A model generated the notes under the pieces. It saw only the letters and a list, made by a program, of their open reading frames with translations, was not told the origin of the DNA and did not search any database. This document shows, piece by piece, positions 53,843 to 62,096 of a stretch of DNA of 64,000 bases. The position numbers and the translations under genes were made by a program. This stretch comes from Gaiellales bacterium (lineage in GTDB: Bacteria; Actinomycetota; Thermoleophilia; Gaiellales; Gaiellaceae), in NCBI GenBank assembly GCA_038237145.1, contig JBBRZA010000002.1:7202-71201 (forward strand), read 5' to 3'. How positions within the stretch are numbered: position 1 is the stretch's first letter; each line of letters begins with the position of its first letter.

Positions 53843-54982
53843 CTAGCCCGCCGAGACGACGAACGTCTTCGCCGAGAGCCCGCCCGCTGCGTCCCTCGCC
53901 CGGAGGGTCACTCTTGCGGTGCGTGCTGCCCGTGCCGTGCCCGCGATCCTGCCGGTGCGAGCATTGAGCCTCAGCCCCGCCGGCAACGTCCCTCGAACGA
54001 TCGTCCAACGCACGGAGCCAGCGCCGCCCTTCGTGCCCAGCTTGAACGAGTAGGCGGTCCCGACCCTCGCTGACACGATCCGCTTCGTCGAGATGACGAG
54101 CTTCGGCGCGACACGGAACGTGACGGCTGTCGCCTTCGTGTTCCCGTTCGCATCGGTGACCGTGACCTGAGCGGGATACGAGCCCACCGTCGTCGGCGTG
54201 CCCGTGATCGAGCCGCCCCCTCCCACCGACAGGCCGGCCGGGAGGCCGGAGGCCGACCATGCGTACGGGCCCTGGCCACCCGTCGCCGACAGCGAGCCGA
54301 CGTAACGGACGCCGACCTCGGCCGCCCGCGTGGAGACTCTCGCCACCAGTGGCTGGGAGACGTTGAGCGTGTACGTCTTCGTGTCGACGCGCGTGCCGTC
54401 CGCCGACGGATTGGTGCTCACCGCCGTGCCCTTGATGGTGAAGGTCGACGCTCCGACCGCGGTCGGAGTCCCGGAAATCAGCCCCGCTGGCGAAAGCGTG
54501 ACTCCTGCGGGAAGCGACCCGCCGGTGACTTCGTAGGTCACATTCGACTGAATGCCCTGGCCCTGAAGCTGGGACGAGTAGGCAGCGCCGACCGTCGCCG
54601 GCTTCAGCGAATCGGTGGCGATTCCCCATCTGCGTACCCAGATCTCGAACGTGAACAGCAACTCCGCGCTGTTCCCACAGATGTCCTTGAGCGCGATCCA
54701 GGCGGGAAATGTGCCCGGCTCCGTGGGGACACCGCTGACGAGGCCCGTGAGGTTGCTGAAGTTGCCGATCTTCAGGCCCGGCGGCAGAACCCCCGACTCG
54801 ACGACGTAGCGGTACGGCGCGTAGAAGCAGCCGCCGTGGCTGACCATCTTGAACTCGTAGACCTTGCCGACCTCGCCGATCGGCGCCTCTTCGGACTCAT
54901 CGTTGAAGTCCAGAGCCGAAGCGGCGCCCGCGAAGACCCCCGCCAGCAACCCCACGAGCACCACTGCTTTGATGAAGCGCAT
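53843..54982 (-). CDS. secreted protein with about 4 Ig-like (He_PIG / dystroglycan-cadherin-like) repeats
   Basis: Signal peptide MRFIKAVVLVGLLAGVFAGAASA. Repeated ...LPAGL.L...G.ISGTPT..G... units. SD-like AAAGGGG upstream of ATG 54982 (TTG 54985 also in frame). No LPXTG motif and no TM anchor. Confidence 0.8.
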   Translation of the reverse strand: MRFIKAVVLVGLLAGVFAGAASALDFNDESEEAPIGEVGKVYEFKMVSHGGCFYAPYRYVVESGVLPPGLKIGNFSNLTGLVSGVPTEPGTFPAWIALKDICGNSAELLFTFEIWVRRWGIATDSLKPATVGAAYSSQLQGQGIQSNVTYEVTGGSLPAGVTLSPAGLISGTPTAVGASTFTIKGTAVSTNPSADGTRVDTKTYTLNVSQPLVARVSTRAAEVGVRYVGSLSATGGQGPYAWSASGLPAGLSVGGGGSITGTPTTVGSYPAQVTVTDANGNTKATAVTFRVAPKLVISTKRIVSARVGTAYSFKLGTKGGAGSVRWTIVRGTLPAGLRLNARTGRIAGTARAARTARVTLRARDAAGGLSAKTFVVSAG

Positions 54983-55027
54983 CAAGACCCCTTTCTTGAC
55001 AGCGATTTCAGGGGGCCGAGTGTATCT

Positions 55028-55068
55028 AGGGCGTTCGGTTCCTTCCAGAGGTCGGAACCGAACGCCCT
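55028..55068 (-). terminator. strong hairpin (15-bp perfect stem, 11-nt loop) 13 nt downstream of the stop of the 55081-56235 gene
   Basis: AGGGCGTTCGGTTCC (55028-55042) pairs with GGAACCGAACGCCCT (55054-55068). Confidence 0.6.
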
Positions 55069-55080
55069 CTACCTCACTCG

Positions 55081-56235
55081 CTACTTGATGGTGATCGTGA
55101 ACGTCTGCGTGAACGTCGCGCGCAGAGCATCCGTGACGCGGATCGTGACCTTGAGCTTGCCTGCTTTCGTCGGTTTGCCGGTGAGCGCGCCGGTCGTGGC
55201 ACCGAGCTTGAGGCCGGCTGGAAGCTTGCCGAGGCTACGCCACTTCAGCGGCTTCACACCGCCGGTGACCTTGAGCTTGAGCGCGTACGCCTTGCCAACG
55301 GTCGCCGCCTTGAGCTTCGTCGTCGAGATCGCGACATGCGCGGCGACGTTCAGCTTCAGGAGCAGATCCTGCGTCAGGCCTGCTGCGCCGTCGGTGACCG
55401 TGACCTTCGCGGTGTAGAGCCCGGCGGCAGTCGGAGTGCCGCTCAGGACATGCGTGTTGGGATCGAACGTCAGACCCTCGGGAAGGTCCGTGGCCACCCA
55501 GCTATACGTGCCGAGGCCCCCGGTCGCCTGGAAGGCGGCCGTGAACGCCTTGCCCACTTCGGCCGGACGAGTGGCAGGACCCGTGACCTTCAGCGGCTCG
55601 ATGACCTGCAACCCGAACTGCGCGGACTTGGACGAGGTGCCGTTGTTCACCGTGACGGTGACCGTGTAGTTGCCGGCTGCGGTCGGCGTGCCGGTGATCG
55701 TGCTGCCGCTGACGGCGAGGCCGGCGGGCAGGCCCGTGGCGGACCAGCTCTGGTTGCCTCCCCCGGAGGCGGTCAGCGTCTCCGTATACGGAGCGCCGAC
55801 GACACCACGCCGCAGCGACGTCGTCTTGATCGCGAGTGGGGCCGGCCCGATCGTGAGATCGAATAACCGATCGGCTCGATCCCCGAGGCAAGTCGGCGAC
55901 TCGGGAGTCGTGATCGTCACCCAGAACAAGTAGTGGCCGGGAGTGGTCGGCGTGCCCTTCAGCCGGCCGATGCCGCCACTCGCCCCGTCGTTGACGGTCG
56001 TGAGCGTCAGGCCAGGCGCGGGCGTGCCGCCCGTGACGTTGTAGTGGTAGGGCGGGCATCCCGACCGCGCGTACATGTCGAATTGGTACGGCACTTCGGC
56101 GTTGCCGGCAGGGATGACACACGTCGGCTTGCTGTTGTCACACGTCCGGTCCTGGAACGTGAGCGCCGAGGCGCTGCCTGCGGCTGCGCATGCAAGCACG
56201 GCGAACAAAAATGTGAACTGGATCAAGCGTTTCAA
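55081..56235 (-). CDS. secreted protein with about 4 Ig-like (He_PIG-type) repeats, paralog of 53843-54982
   Basis: TTG 56235 is preceded by GAAAGGGG (SD-like, about 8-nt spacing). Signal peptide (M)KRLIQFTFLFAVLACAAAGSASA. Repeats GLPAGLAVSGSTITGTPTAAGNYTVTVTV and similar. A Cys-containing N-terminal module is shared with the paralog. Confidence 0.8.
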   Translation of the reverse strand: MKRLIQFTFLFAVLACAAAGSASALTFQDRTCDNSKPTCVIPAGNAEVPYQFDMYARSGCPPYHYNVTGGTPAPGLTLTTVNDGASGGIGRLKGTPTTPGHYLFWVTITTPESPTCLGDRADRLFDLTIGPAPLAIKTTSLRRGVVGAPYTETLTASGGGNQSWSATGLPAGLAVSGSTITGTPTAAGNYTVTVTVNNGTSSKSAQFGLQVIEPLKVTGPATRPAEVGKAFTAAFQATGGLGTYSWVATDLPEGLTFDPNTHVLSGTPTAAGLYTAKVTVTDGAAGLTQDLLLKLNVAAHVAISTTKLKAATVGKAYALKLKVTGGVKPLKWRSLGKLPAGLKLGATTGALTGKPTKAGKLKVTIRVTDALRATFTQTFTITIK

Positions 56236-56362
56236 GGATGAGGCCCCTTTCTCAACGGCGGCTCGGTCTTCCCCGCCCCCAAATGGCGGCTCGGAAACTA
56301 GCAAGGAAAGGACAGGGTGCAAACGGACCTCACAAATCGCTTACTTCCCAGCACCAATTTCC

Positions 56363-56387
56363 CCATCCTGGACGCGGCGCCGGATGG
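56363..56387 (-). terminator. weak hairpin downstream of the wzt stop (CCATCC...GGATGG)
   Basis: 6-bp arms at 56363-56368 and 56382-56387, plus 2 further pairs with a bulge. No clear U-tract. Confidence 0.25.
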
Positions 56388-56414
56388 AGAATGAGATAGC
56401 GCGAGCGCGATCCC

Positions 56415-57662
56415 CTAGGTCCACTCGAGCAACGGGCGCACGACACCTTGCAGTTGCCCGCTGAACTGGCCGCGCGCGGAGCCGCCCTCCCCCGGGTCGT
56501 GCACGTGGAACGAGATGAGATCGCGCGCCGCAGCATGATGAAAGAGCTTCGTTGGGCCGATCGAGCAGACGTCGACGTGTACGGAGATGAGCCCTTCGTT
56601 CAGGAGGTTCCCGGGGATCCACGCAGTTGCCGTGTAGTCATCCGGCGGGCGCGCTTCGCTCCAGCGCGGGCTCGTGTCCATCGCGTTGAACGCAACGTCG
56701 CCCTTGCCGTCGAACAGCTTGATCTTCGGAAAGATCGGCTCGCCTTGACGCAGCACGGTTACCGCGATCTCGATTCCCACGGGACGGCGGACATCGGCAG
56801 TGTCCGTGCGCGAGCCACTCTCGTCCACGACTCGAACGCGGCGAATGCGCACGAGATCGTCACCGGGGGCCGTAGCGACATTCGGCCATTCCTGCTCGGA
56901 GGTCGAACCATGTCCCATCTGAAGGTACTGCGCGACGACTTCCGTGCTCGGCCCGTCGACCACCACAGCGCCGCCTTCAAGCAGGATCACCCGGTCGCAG
57001 AGCTGCGCGACCGCTTGCATGTTGTGCGAGACGAACAACACAGTGCGCCCCGTGCCGCCGATCTCCTCCATCCGTCCGAGGCAGCGGCGTTGGAACTCGG
57101 CGTCGCCGACGGCGAGGACCTCGTCGACGAGCATGATCTCCGGCTCTAGGTGTGCGGCGACTGAAAAGGCCAGTCGCACGTACATGCCGCTCGAGTAGCG
57201 CTTGACGGGCGTGTCCATGAATTGCTCGATGCCCGAAAACTCGACGATGTCAGGAAGCTTGCGAATGATCTCGCGACGCTTCATACCGAGGATCGCGCCG
57301 TTCAGGAAGACGTTCTCGCGGCCGGTGAGCTCAGGGTGGAAACCGGTCCCGACCTCGAGCAGGCTGCTGACGCGGCCGCGGATCGTCGCGCGGCCCGACG
57401 TCGGCGCAGTAATTCGTGTCAGCACCTTGAGCAGCGTCGACTTGCCTGCCCCGTTGCGTCCGATCACCCCGAGGACCTCGCCCTGGGCGACTTCGAGGGT
57501 GATGCCCTTCAGCGCCCAGATCTCCTCGTGGTGATGGTGTCCTGTCTGGCGAATACGTTGGACGGCGCCTGCGATCGTGTCTCGCAGCGTCCCGTAGCCT
57601 CGCTGCAGCTCGCCGATGCGATAGCGCTTGGAAAGAGCTTCTGCTGTGATCGCCGCCGACAT
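56415..57662 (-). CDS. wzt: ABC transporter ATP-binding protein, Wzt/TagH type, with C-terminal (Wzt_C-like) glycan-binding extension
   Basis: Start ATG 57662 (MSAAITAEALSKRY). Walker A GRNGAGKST, signature YSSGM, Walker B MLVDEVLAVGD, H-loop FVSHN. A further roughly 165 beta-rich residues follow the NBD (VRIRRVRVVDESG...IEIAVTVL...). Confidence 0.9.
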   Translation of the reverse strand: MSAAITAEALSKRYRIGELQRGYGTLRDTIAGAVQRIRQTGHHHHEEIWALKGITLEVAQGEVLGVIGRNGAGKSTLLKVLTRITAPTSGRATIRGRVSSLLEVGTGFHPELTGRENVFLNGAILGMKRREIIRKLPDIVEFSGIEQFMDTPVKRYSSGMYVRLAFSVAAHLEPEIMLVDEVLAVGDAEFQRRCLGRMEEIGGTGRTVLFVSHNMQAVAQLCDRVILLEGGAVVVDGPSTEVVAQYLQMGHGSTSEQEWPNVATAPGDDLVRIRRVRVVDESGSRTDTADVRRPVGIEIAVTVLRQGEPIFPKIKLFDGKGDVAFNAMDTSPRWSEARPPDDYTATAWIPGNLLNEGLISVHVDVCSIGPTKLFHHAAARDLISFHVHDPGEGGSARGQFSGQLQGVVRPLLEWT

Positions 57663-57667
57663 CGCGC

Positions 57668-60244
57668 CTAGATGGTGTCCGCAAACTTGGGCTCGGACCG
57701 CCGGAAGAACGCGAGCCCGAGCAGGAAGATGACGGCTGCCGAGGCGACGCTCACGAGGAACTGGCCGGTGTCGGGAGGAGGCGTTCCGACGAGCGCCCAG
57801 CGAAACCCGGTGATCGCCCCGTTCATCGGATTGGTCGCCAGCACCCACTGCCACTTCAAGGGCAGAGCGGCGATTGGATAGACGACGGACGAGACGTAGA
57901 GCCACGTCTGCACGATGAAGGGGATGACGTACGGCACGTCTCGGTAGCGGACGTTGAGTGCTGAGAAGAACAACCCAGTGCCGAGTGCGGCTGCGACGGC
58001 AAGAACGAGGAACGCCGGAGCGAGGTACGCCATGTCGCCGACGGGCGCGTGGTAGTAGGCCATCAGCCCGACGAGCACTGTGGACGCCATCGCCAGGTCG
58101 ACGATGGGAACGAGCGTCGCGCCCGCGGGCAGCAAGACGCGTGGAAAGTAGACCTTCGTCACGAGCGGGACGTTGGAGACAAGGCTCATGCTCGCGCCGG
58201 TCAGCGCGGACGAGAAGTACGACCAGAGCAGCAGACCGGAGTACAGGAACACCGGATACTGCTGACCCTGGTTCGGGAACTTCGCGAACTTCCCGAAGAC
58301 GAGCGTGAACACGACCATCGTCAGGAACGGCTGCAGGATCGCCCAGGCGACGCCGATGAAGGTCTGCTTGTAGCGCACCTTGACGTCGCGCCAGACGAAG
58401 CGTCCGAGCAGTTCTCGGTAGTGCCACAGTTCGCGGAGGTCGAGACGAGGCCAACGCGCGGCCGGCCGGATCACGGTCACACGGTCAGGTCGGAGCGCAA
58501 GGGCATCGCCGACCCGCTCGACGGCCCGCCTACCTGCGGATCTCGTTGGTTTTGGCTCGGCGACCGCGCCGTCGGGAGAGCGGCTCACCGGGTCGATGCT
58601 ACCCCGCCCCGTTTCGCCTCGACGGCGGGCCCTGGTGCCGAAGAGCCCTGCGGCGGCGAGCAGGATGAACGAGGGCGCAACCGGCACCTCGTACTCGGGG
58701 ATCGCGTAAACACCCAGCACGGTCGCAAGGAGGAGCAGCAGCGACGAGGCCACGAGGATCGCCGGGACACGCCAGGACTGCGGACGCCGCCAGACGAGAG
58801 CACCGATTCCAAGCAAGAGCCACAGCCAGGAGCGCGGAAACGCCTTGGACGCGTGATTCAGCTGCAGTCCAAGCCAGCTGCTCTCGCCACGCGTCGGGAA
58901 GCGGTCGCCAAGCTCACGCAGACGCTCGTTCAGCCGGTCGTAGCGCCGCTGGTCGCGCGGATCCTCGAACACGATGTCGTGCGCCGTCGGCGACGTCCAG
59001 ACCTCGTGGATGTGGTTGTCCGGCGTCGAGGTGTACGCACCCTGGTGCGCCGCCGGAATCGGCTCGCCCTCGGTCGGGACGGGGAGTGGCGTGCCCTGCT
59101 TGGGCGTACTCCGTGCCGCAGCAGACGGGGCCTTTGTCGGCGCGGGAGCTCGCGGCGAAACGTAAAGGGGCTGATTCAACTCGTCCCACATCGACCTTGC
59201 CACGCCGCGAACGTACTTCGCAGGGTGCCGGCGCACCGCCTCGCGCGCTGCTCGGCCGAGCACCTCGTAGTCGGTGTTCCAGCCGAAGACGCGGTCGGAC
59301 AGGCTGATCAGATCTTCCTCCATGCGCGGGCTGCCCGAGGCGAAGAACTCGTGCAGGTCGATCCCGTAAGACCGATACGGCTCGCGCGGCAGCAGATCCC
59401 TCTGCACCGCCGCGGCCAGCCGGCGTGACGCCTGGCCGTAGTCCGGCGACATGATCCGGTCGGTCACGAAGGCGCGAAAGAACGGCACGCTCGCCTGCCC
59501 GCCACGGGCGACCGTGAAGTCGTCGTACCGCAGATCGTTCACGCCTGCCCAGGCCACGAGAGGCAGCACTGCCGCAGCCGCAAACGCAGCCGCATGCGCG
59601 GCCCGAAGGCGCCAGGGCTCGGAGACGACGAACGCGAACACTGCACCGAGCACGAGCGCCTGGTTCGCCGGTCGGGTGAGCGCAAGGAACGCCACGCCCG
59701 CGCCTGCCGCCGCGAAGCGGTACGCGCTCGGCCGCTCCACCGCTCGCATGACGAGGACCGCCCAGCCGGCGAACACGATCGCGAAGACAACATCGCTGGA
59801 GAGCTGGTGGAAGAGACCGCCGTAGCCGGGAAAGAGGAGGAGCGCCACAGCGACGAGGAGGGCGGCGCGGCGGCCGGCAACACGCAAGGCGACGAAGCTC
59901 CAGGCGAGGATCGACGCCGCGAAGAGCAGAGCCATCAGGACCTCGGCGAAGAGACCCCCGCCTGCCTCGAGCAGGCCTCCCACGAAGAGGGGCGTCACCG
60001 GCGTTCGGGTCAGCATCGCCCACGGAAAGACGGGATGGTCCTGCCCGAGCTGGATGTAGTACCGCAGGTAGACGCCCAGGTCGCGGCCGGGTCGAAGCGC
60101 CCAGCCGATGCTCTCGAACGCATAGACGGCCAGGGCGATGACGACGAGGAGGGCGGCGCCCCGGCGCGTGCCCGCAAGCCGCTCGAGGCCCTGGAACACC
60201 GGGACGACACGCGTACGGAATGCGGTCGTCCGCGCCGAAGGCAT
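57668..60244 (-). CDS. wzm: fusion protein: N-terminal roughly 590-aa GT-C-like polytopic domain with periplasmic module, plus C-terminal ABC-2 (Wzm) permease
   Basis: One uninterrupted 858-codon frame. The last roughly 268 aa (57671-58474) are a typical Wzm: LRELWHYRELLGRFVWRDVKVRYKQTFIGVAWAILQP followed by 6 TM helices. The first roughly 590 aa have 9 or more TM helices, a roughly 200-aa hydrophilic loop and 1-2 further TM helices. Confidence 0.8.
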   Translation of the reverse strand: MPSARTTAFRTRVVPVFQGLERLAGTRRGAALLVVIALAVYAFESIGWALRPGRDLGVYLRYYIQLGQDHPVFPWAMLTRTPVTPLFVGGLLEAGGGLFAEVLMALLFAASILAWSFVALRVAGRRAALLVAVALLLFPGYGGLFHQLSSDVVFAIVFAGWAVLVMRAVERPSAYRFAAAGAGVAFLALTRPANQALVLGAVFAFVVSEPWRLRAAHAAAFAAAAVLPLVAWAGVNDLRYDDFTVARGGQASVPFFRAFVTDRIMSPDYGQASRRLAAAVQRDLLPREPYRSYGIDLHEFFASGSPRMEEDLISLSDRVFGWNTDYEVLGRAAREAVRRHPAKYVRGVARSMWDELNQPLYVSPRAPAPTKAPSAAARSTPKQGTPLPVPTEGEPIPAAHQGAYTSTPDNHIHEVWTSPTAHDIVFEDPRDQRRYDRLNERLRELGDRFPTRGESSWLGLQLNHASKAFPRSWLWLLLGIGALVWRRPQSWRVPAILVASSLLLLLATVLGVYAIPEYEVPVAPSFILLAAAGLFGTRARRRGETGRGSIDPVSRSPDGAVAEPKPTRSAGRRAVERVGDALALRPDRVTVIRPAARWPRLDLRELWHYRELLGRFVWRDVKVRYKQTFIGVAWAILQPFLTMVVFTLVFGKFAKFPNQGQQYPVFLYSGLLLWSYFSSALTGASMSLVSNVPLVTKVYFPRVLLPAGATLVPIVDLAMASTVLVGLMAYYHAPVGDMAYLAPAFLVLAVAAALGTGLFFSALNVRYRDVPYVIPFIVQTWLYVSSVVYPIAALPLKWQWVLATNPMNGAITGFRWALVGTPPPDTGQFLVSVASAAVIFLLGLAFFRRSEPKFADTI

Positions 60245-60276
60245 CGCGGGGCGCGATCATACTGGTGAGCGTTCCG

Positions 60277-61449
60277 ATGTCGTCGTCCGTGCAGATCTCC
60301 GTCGTCATCCCCTGCCTCAACGAAGAGGAGGCGGTCGGCGCCGTCGTGGACCAGGCGTGGGAGGGCATCCGGCGGTCGGGCCGCGAAGGCGAGGTCATCG
60401 TGGTCGACAACGCCTCCAGCGATCGCTCCGCCGAGGTCGCCGCCGAGCACGGCGCGCGCGTGGTGTCCGAGCCCAGACGCGGCTACGGGAGCGCCTATCT
60501 CGCAGGCCTCGCGGATGTGCGCGGGGAGTACGTCGTGATGGGCGACGCAGACGAGACCTATCCCATTCAGGAGCTCGGACCGTTCGTCGACCGACTGGAG
60601 CAGGGTGACGATCTCGTGCTCGGCTCGCGCTTCAAGGGCAAGATCCACGGCGACGCGATGCCGTGGCTGAACCGGCGGATCGGCAACCCGATCCTGACGG
60701 GGCTGCTGAATCTCTTCTTCGGCGTCAAGGTGTCGGACGCACATTGCGGTATGCGCGCCGTGCGCCGCGACGCGCTGCGCACGCTCGACCTCCATGCGAC
60801 CGGAATGGAGTTCGCCTCCGAGATGGTCTTCAAGGCGTACCGACGCAGCCTGCGCGTGAGCGAGATCCCGATCGACTATTTCCCGCGCGTCGGCGAGTCG
60901 AAGCTGAACCGCTTCGGCGACGCCTGGCGACACGCGCGGTTCATGCTCGTCTACAGCCCGAGCTGGCTGTACTTCCTTCCGGGTGCGATCCTGCTGGTGC
61001 TCGGACTCGTCGGCGCCGTCGTGCTCGCGACGGGACCGGTCGACATCTTCGGACGAACATGGGAGATCCACACCATGCTCGCCTGCATCGCGGCGACGCT
61101 CGTCGGAGCGCAGGTCGTCCAGCTCGGGCTCTTCGCCCGGACGTATGCGCTCGTGCACCTGAACGAGCACGACCCGCTCGTGGACCGCCTGCACTCGCGG
61201 ATGAGGCTGGAGCACGGGCTCATCCTCGGGTTCGGCCTCATGCTCGCCGGGCTCGTGATCGTCGGGATCATCTTCGGCGAATGGGCGGCGGGCGGCTTCG
61301 GCCGGCTCGGTCATGCGCACGCAACGGCGCTCGGCTTCACGCTGTTCGGCCTCGGCGTCCAGGTCGTGCTCGGCTCGTTCTTCCTCAGCCTCCTGACCAT
61401 GCGCTGGGCCGGCACGCCGTTCGAGGCGAACGGGCGCCGAGCCGCGTGA
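60277..61449 (+). CDS. GT2 glycosyltransferase with C-terminal 4-TM domain (paralog of 35194-36459)
   Basis: ISVVIPCLNEEEAVG, IVVDNASSDRS, VVMGDADETYP, LGSRFKG, DAHCGMRAV, then hydrophobic helices. Start ATG 60277; alternative GTG 60265. Confidence 0.85.
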   Translation: MSSSVQISVVIPCLNEEEAVGAVVDQAWEGIRRSGREGEVIVVDNASSDRSAEVAAEHGARVVSEPRRGYGSAYLAGLADVRGEYVVMGDADETYPIQELGPFVDRLEQGDDLVLGSRFKGKIHGDAMPWLNRRIGNPILTGLLNLFFGVKVSDAHCGMRAVRRDALRTLDLHATGMEFASEMVFKAYRRSLRVSEIPIDYFPRVGESKLNRFGDAWRHARFMLVYSPSWLYFLPGAILLVLGLVGAVVLATGPVDIFGRTWEIHTMLACIAATLVGAQVVQLGLFARTYALVHLNEHDPLVDRLHSRMRLEHGLILGFGLMLAGLVIVGIIFGEWAAGGFGRLGHAHATALGFTLFGLGVQVVLGSFFLSLLTMRWAGTPFEANGRRAA

Positions 61450-62096
61450 GCGGCGCTGCGTACGTCCCCCTCAACACGCGGCCGTACGGAGGGCACGAGC
61501 GACTGCTCGCGCTCACCGGCTCGCCCAAGCGCGTGCTCGATGTCGGCTGCTCCTCCGGCTACCTCGCCCGCCGGCTCGTGGAGCGCGGGGCGACGGTCGT
61601 GGGCATCGACACGGACGAGCATGCCGCCGCGGAGGCTCGAACGGTCTGCGAGCAGGTGCTCGTCGGAGACGTCGAGTCGATGGAGCTTCTCTTTCCGGAG
61701 CAGTCGTTCGACGTCGTGCTCTGCGGAGACGTGATCGAGCACCTGCGCGATCCGGAGGCCTTCTTCAAGCGCGTGCGCCCTCTGCTTCGCCCGGGCGGAA
61801 GCCTCGTGCTGACGACGCCGAACGTGGCCAACTGGGCGATGCGGCTCGGGCTCCTCGCGGGCCGCTGGCAGTACACCGACCGAGGCATCCTCGACCGCAC
61901 GCACACGCATTTCTTCACGAGGAAGACGCTCGAGCAGACGCTCGAGCGAGCCGGCTACCGCATCGTCGCGTTCGACGTGACCGCGCCGGTCCCGGGCATC
62001 GGCACGCCGATCGTCGAACGCGCCGCGCATGCGCTGGCGCGGCTGCGTCCATCGTTGCTCGCGTACCAGTTCGTCGTCGCTGCGACGCCGCGGTGA
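61446..62096 (+). CDS. class I SAM-dependent methyltransferase
   Basis: GTG 61446 in a GTGA overlap. VLDVGCSSGYL, FDVVLCGDVIEHLRDP, GSLVLTTPN. Confidence 0.8.
   Translation: MSGAAYVPLNTRPYGGHERLLALTGSPKRVLDVGCSSGYLARRLVERGATVVGIDTDEHAAAEARTVCEQVLVGDVESMELLFPEQSFDVVLCGDVIEHLRDPEAFFKRVRPLLRPGGSLVLTTPNVANWAMRLGLLAGRWQYTDRGILDRTHTHFFTRKTLEQTLERAGYRIVAFDVTAPVPGIGTPIVERAAHALARLRPSLLAYQFVVAATPR

Noticed and set aside
54996-55001. Perfect TTGACA on the plus strand between the two Ig-repeat protein genes
   Set aside because: No suitably spaced -10 element and no plus-strand gene downstream, since both flanking genes are on the minus strand. It is probably a chance occurrence in an AT-richer spacer.
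56415-58454. Track ORF extending wzt to 679 aa; similar N-terminal extensions occur at 19729-21231, 18596-20092, 14708-15997, 41017-42336, 48562-49842, 49637-50938, 32433-33464, 22020-23339, 11520-13349 and 60663-62096
   Set aside because: The extensions overlap the upstream gene's real frame, are Arg/Ser/Pro-rich, and end where a start codon forms a 4-nt ATGA/GTGA overlap or a short gap with the upstream stop. The family N-termini begin at the re-set starts.
58049-61320. Large ORFs 58049-59428(+), 58914-60410(-), 59594-60268(+) and 60010-61320(-) overlapping the wzm fusion and the GT2 gene
   Set aside because: All are Arg/Glu/Pro/Gly-rich with no motifs. They sit opposite to, or off-frame with, genes that have strong family signatures.
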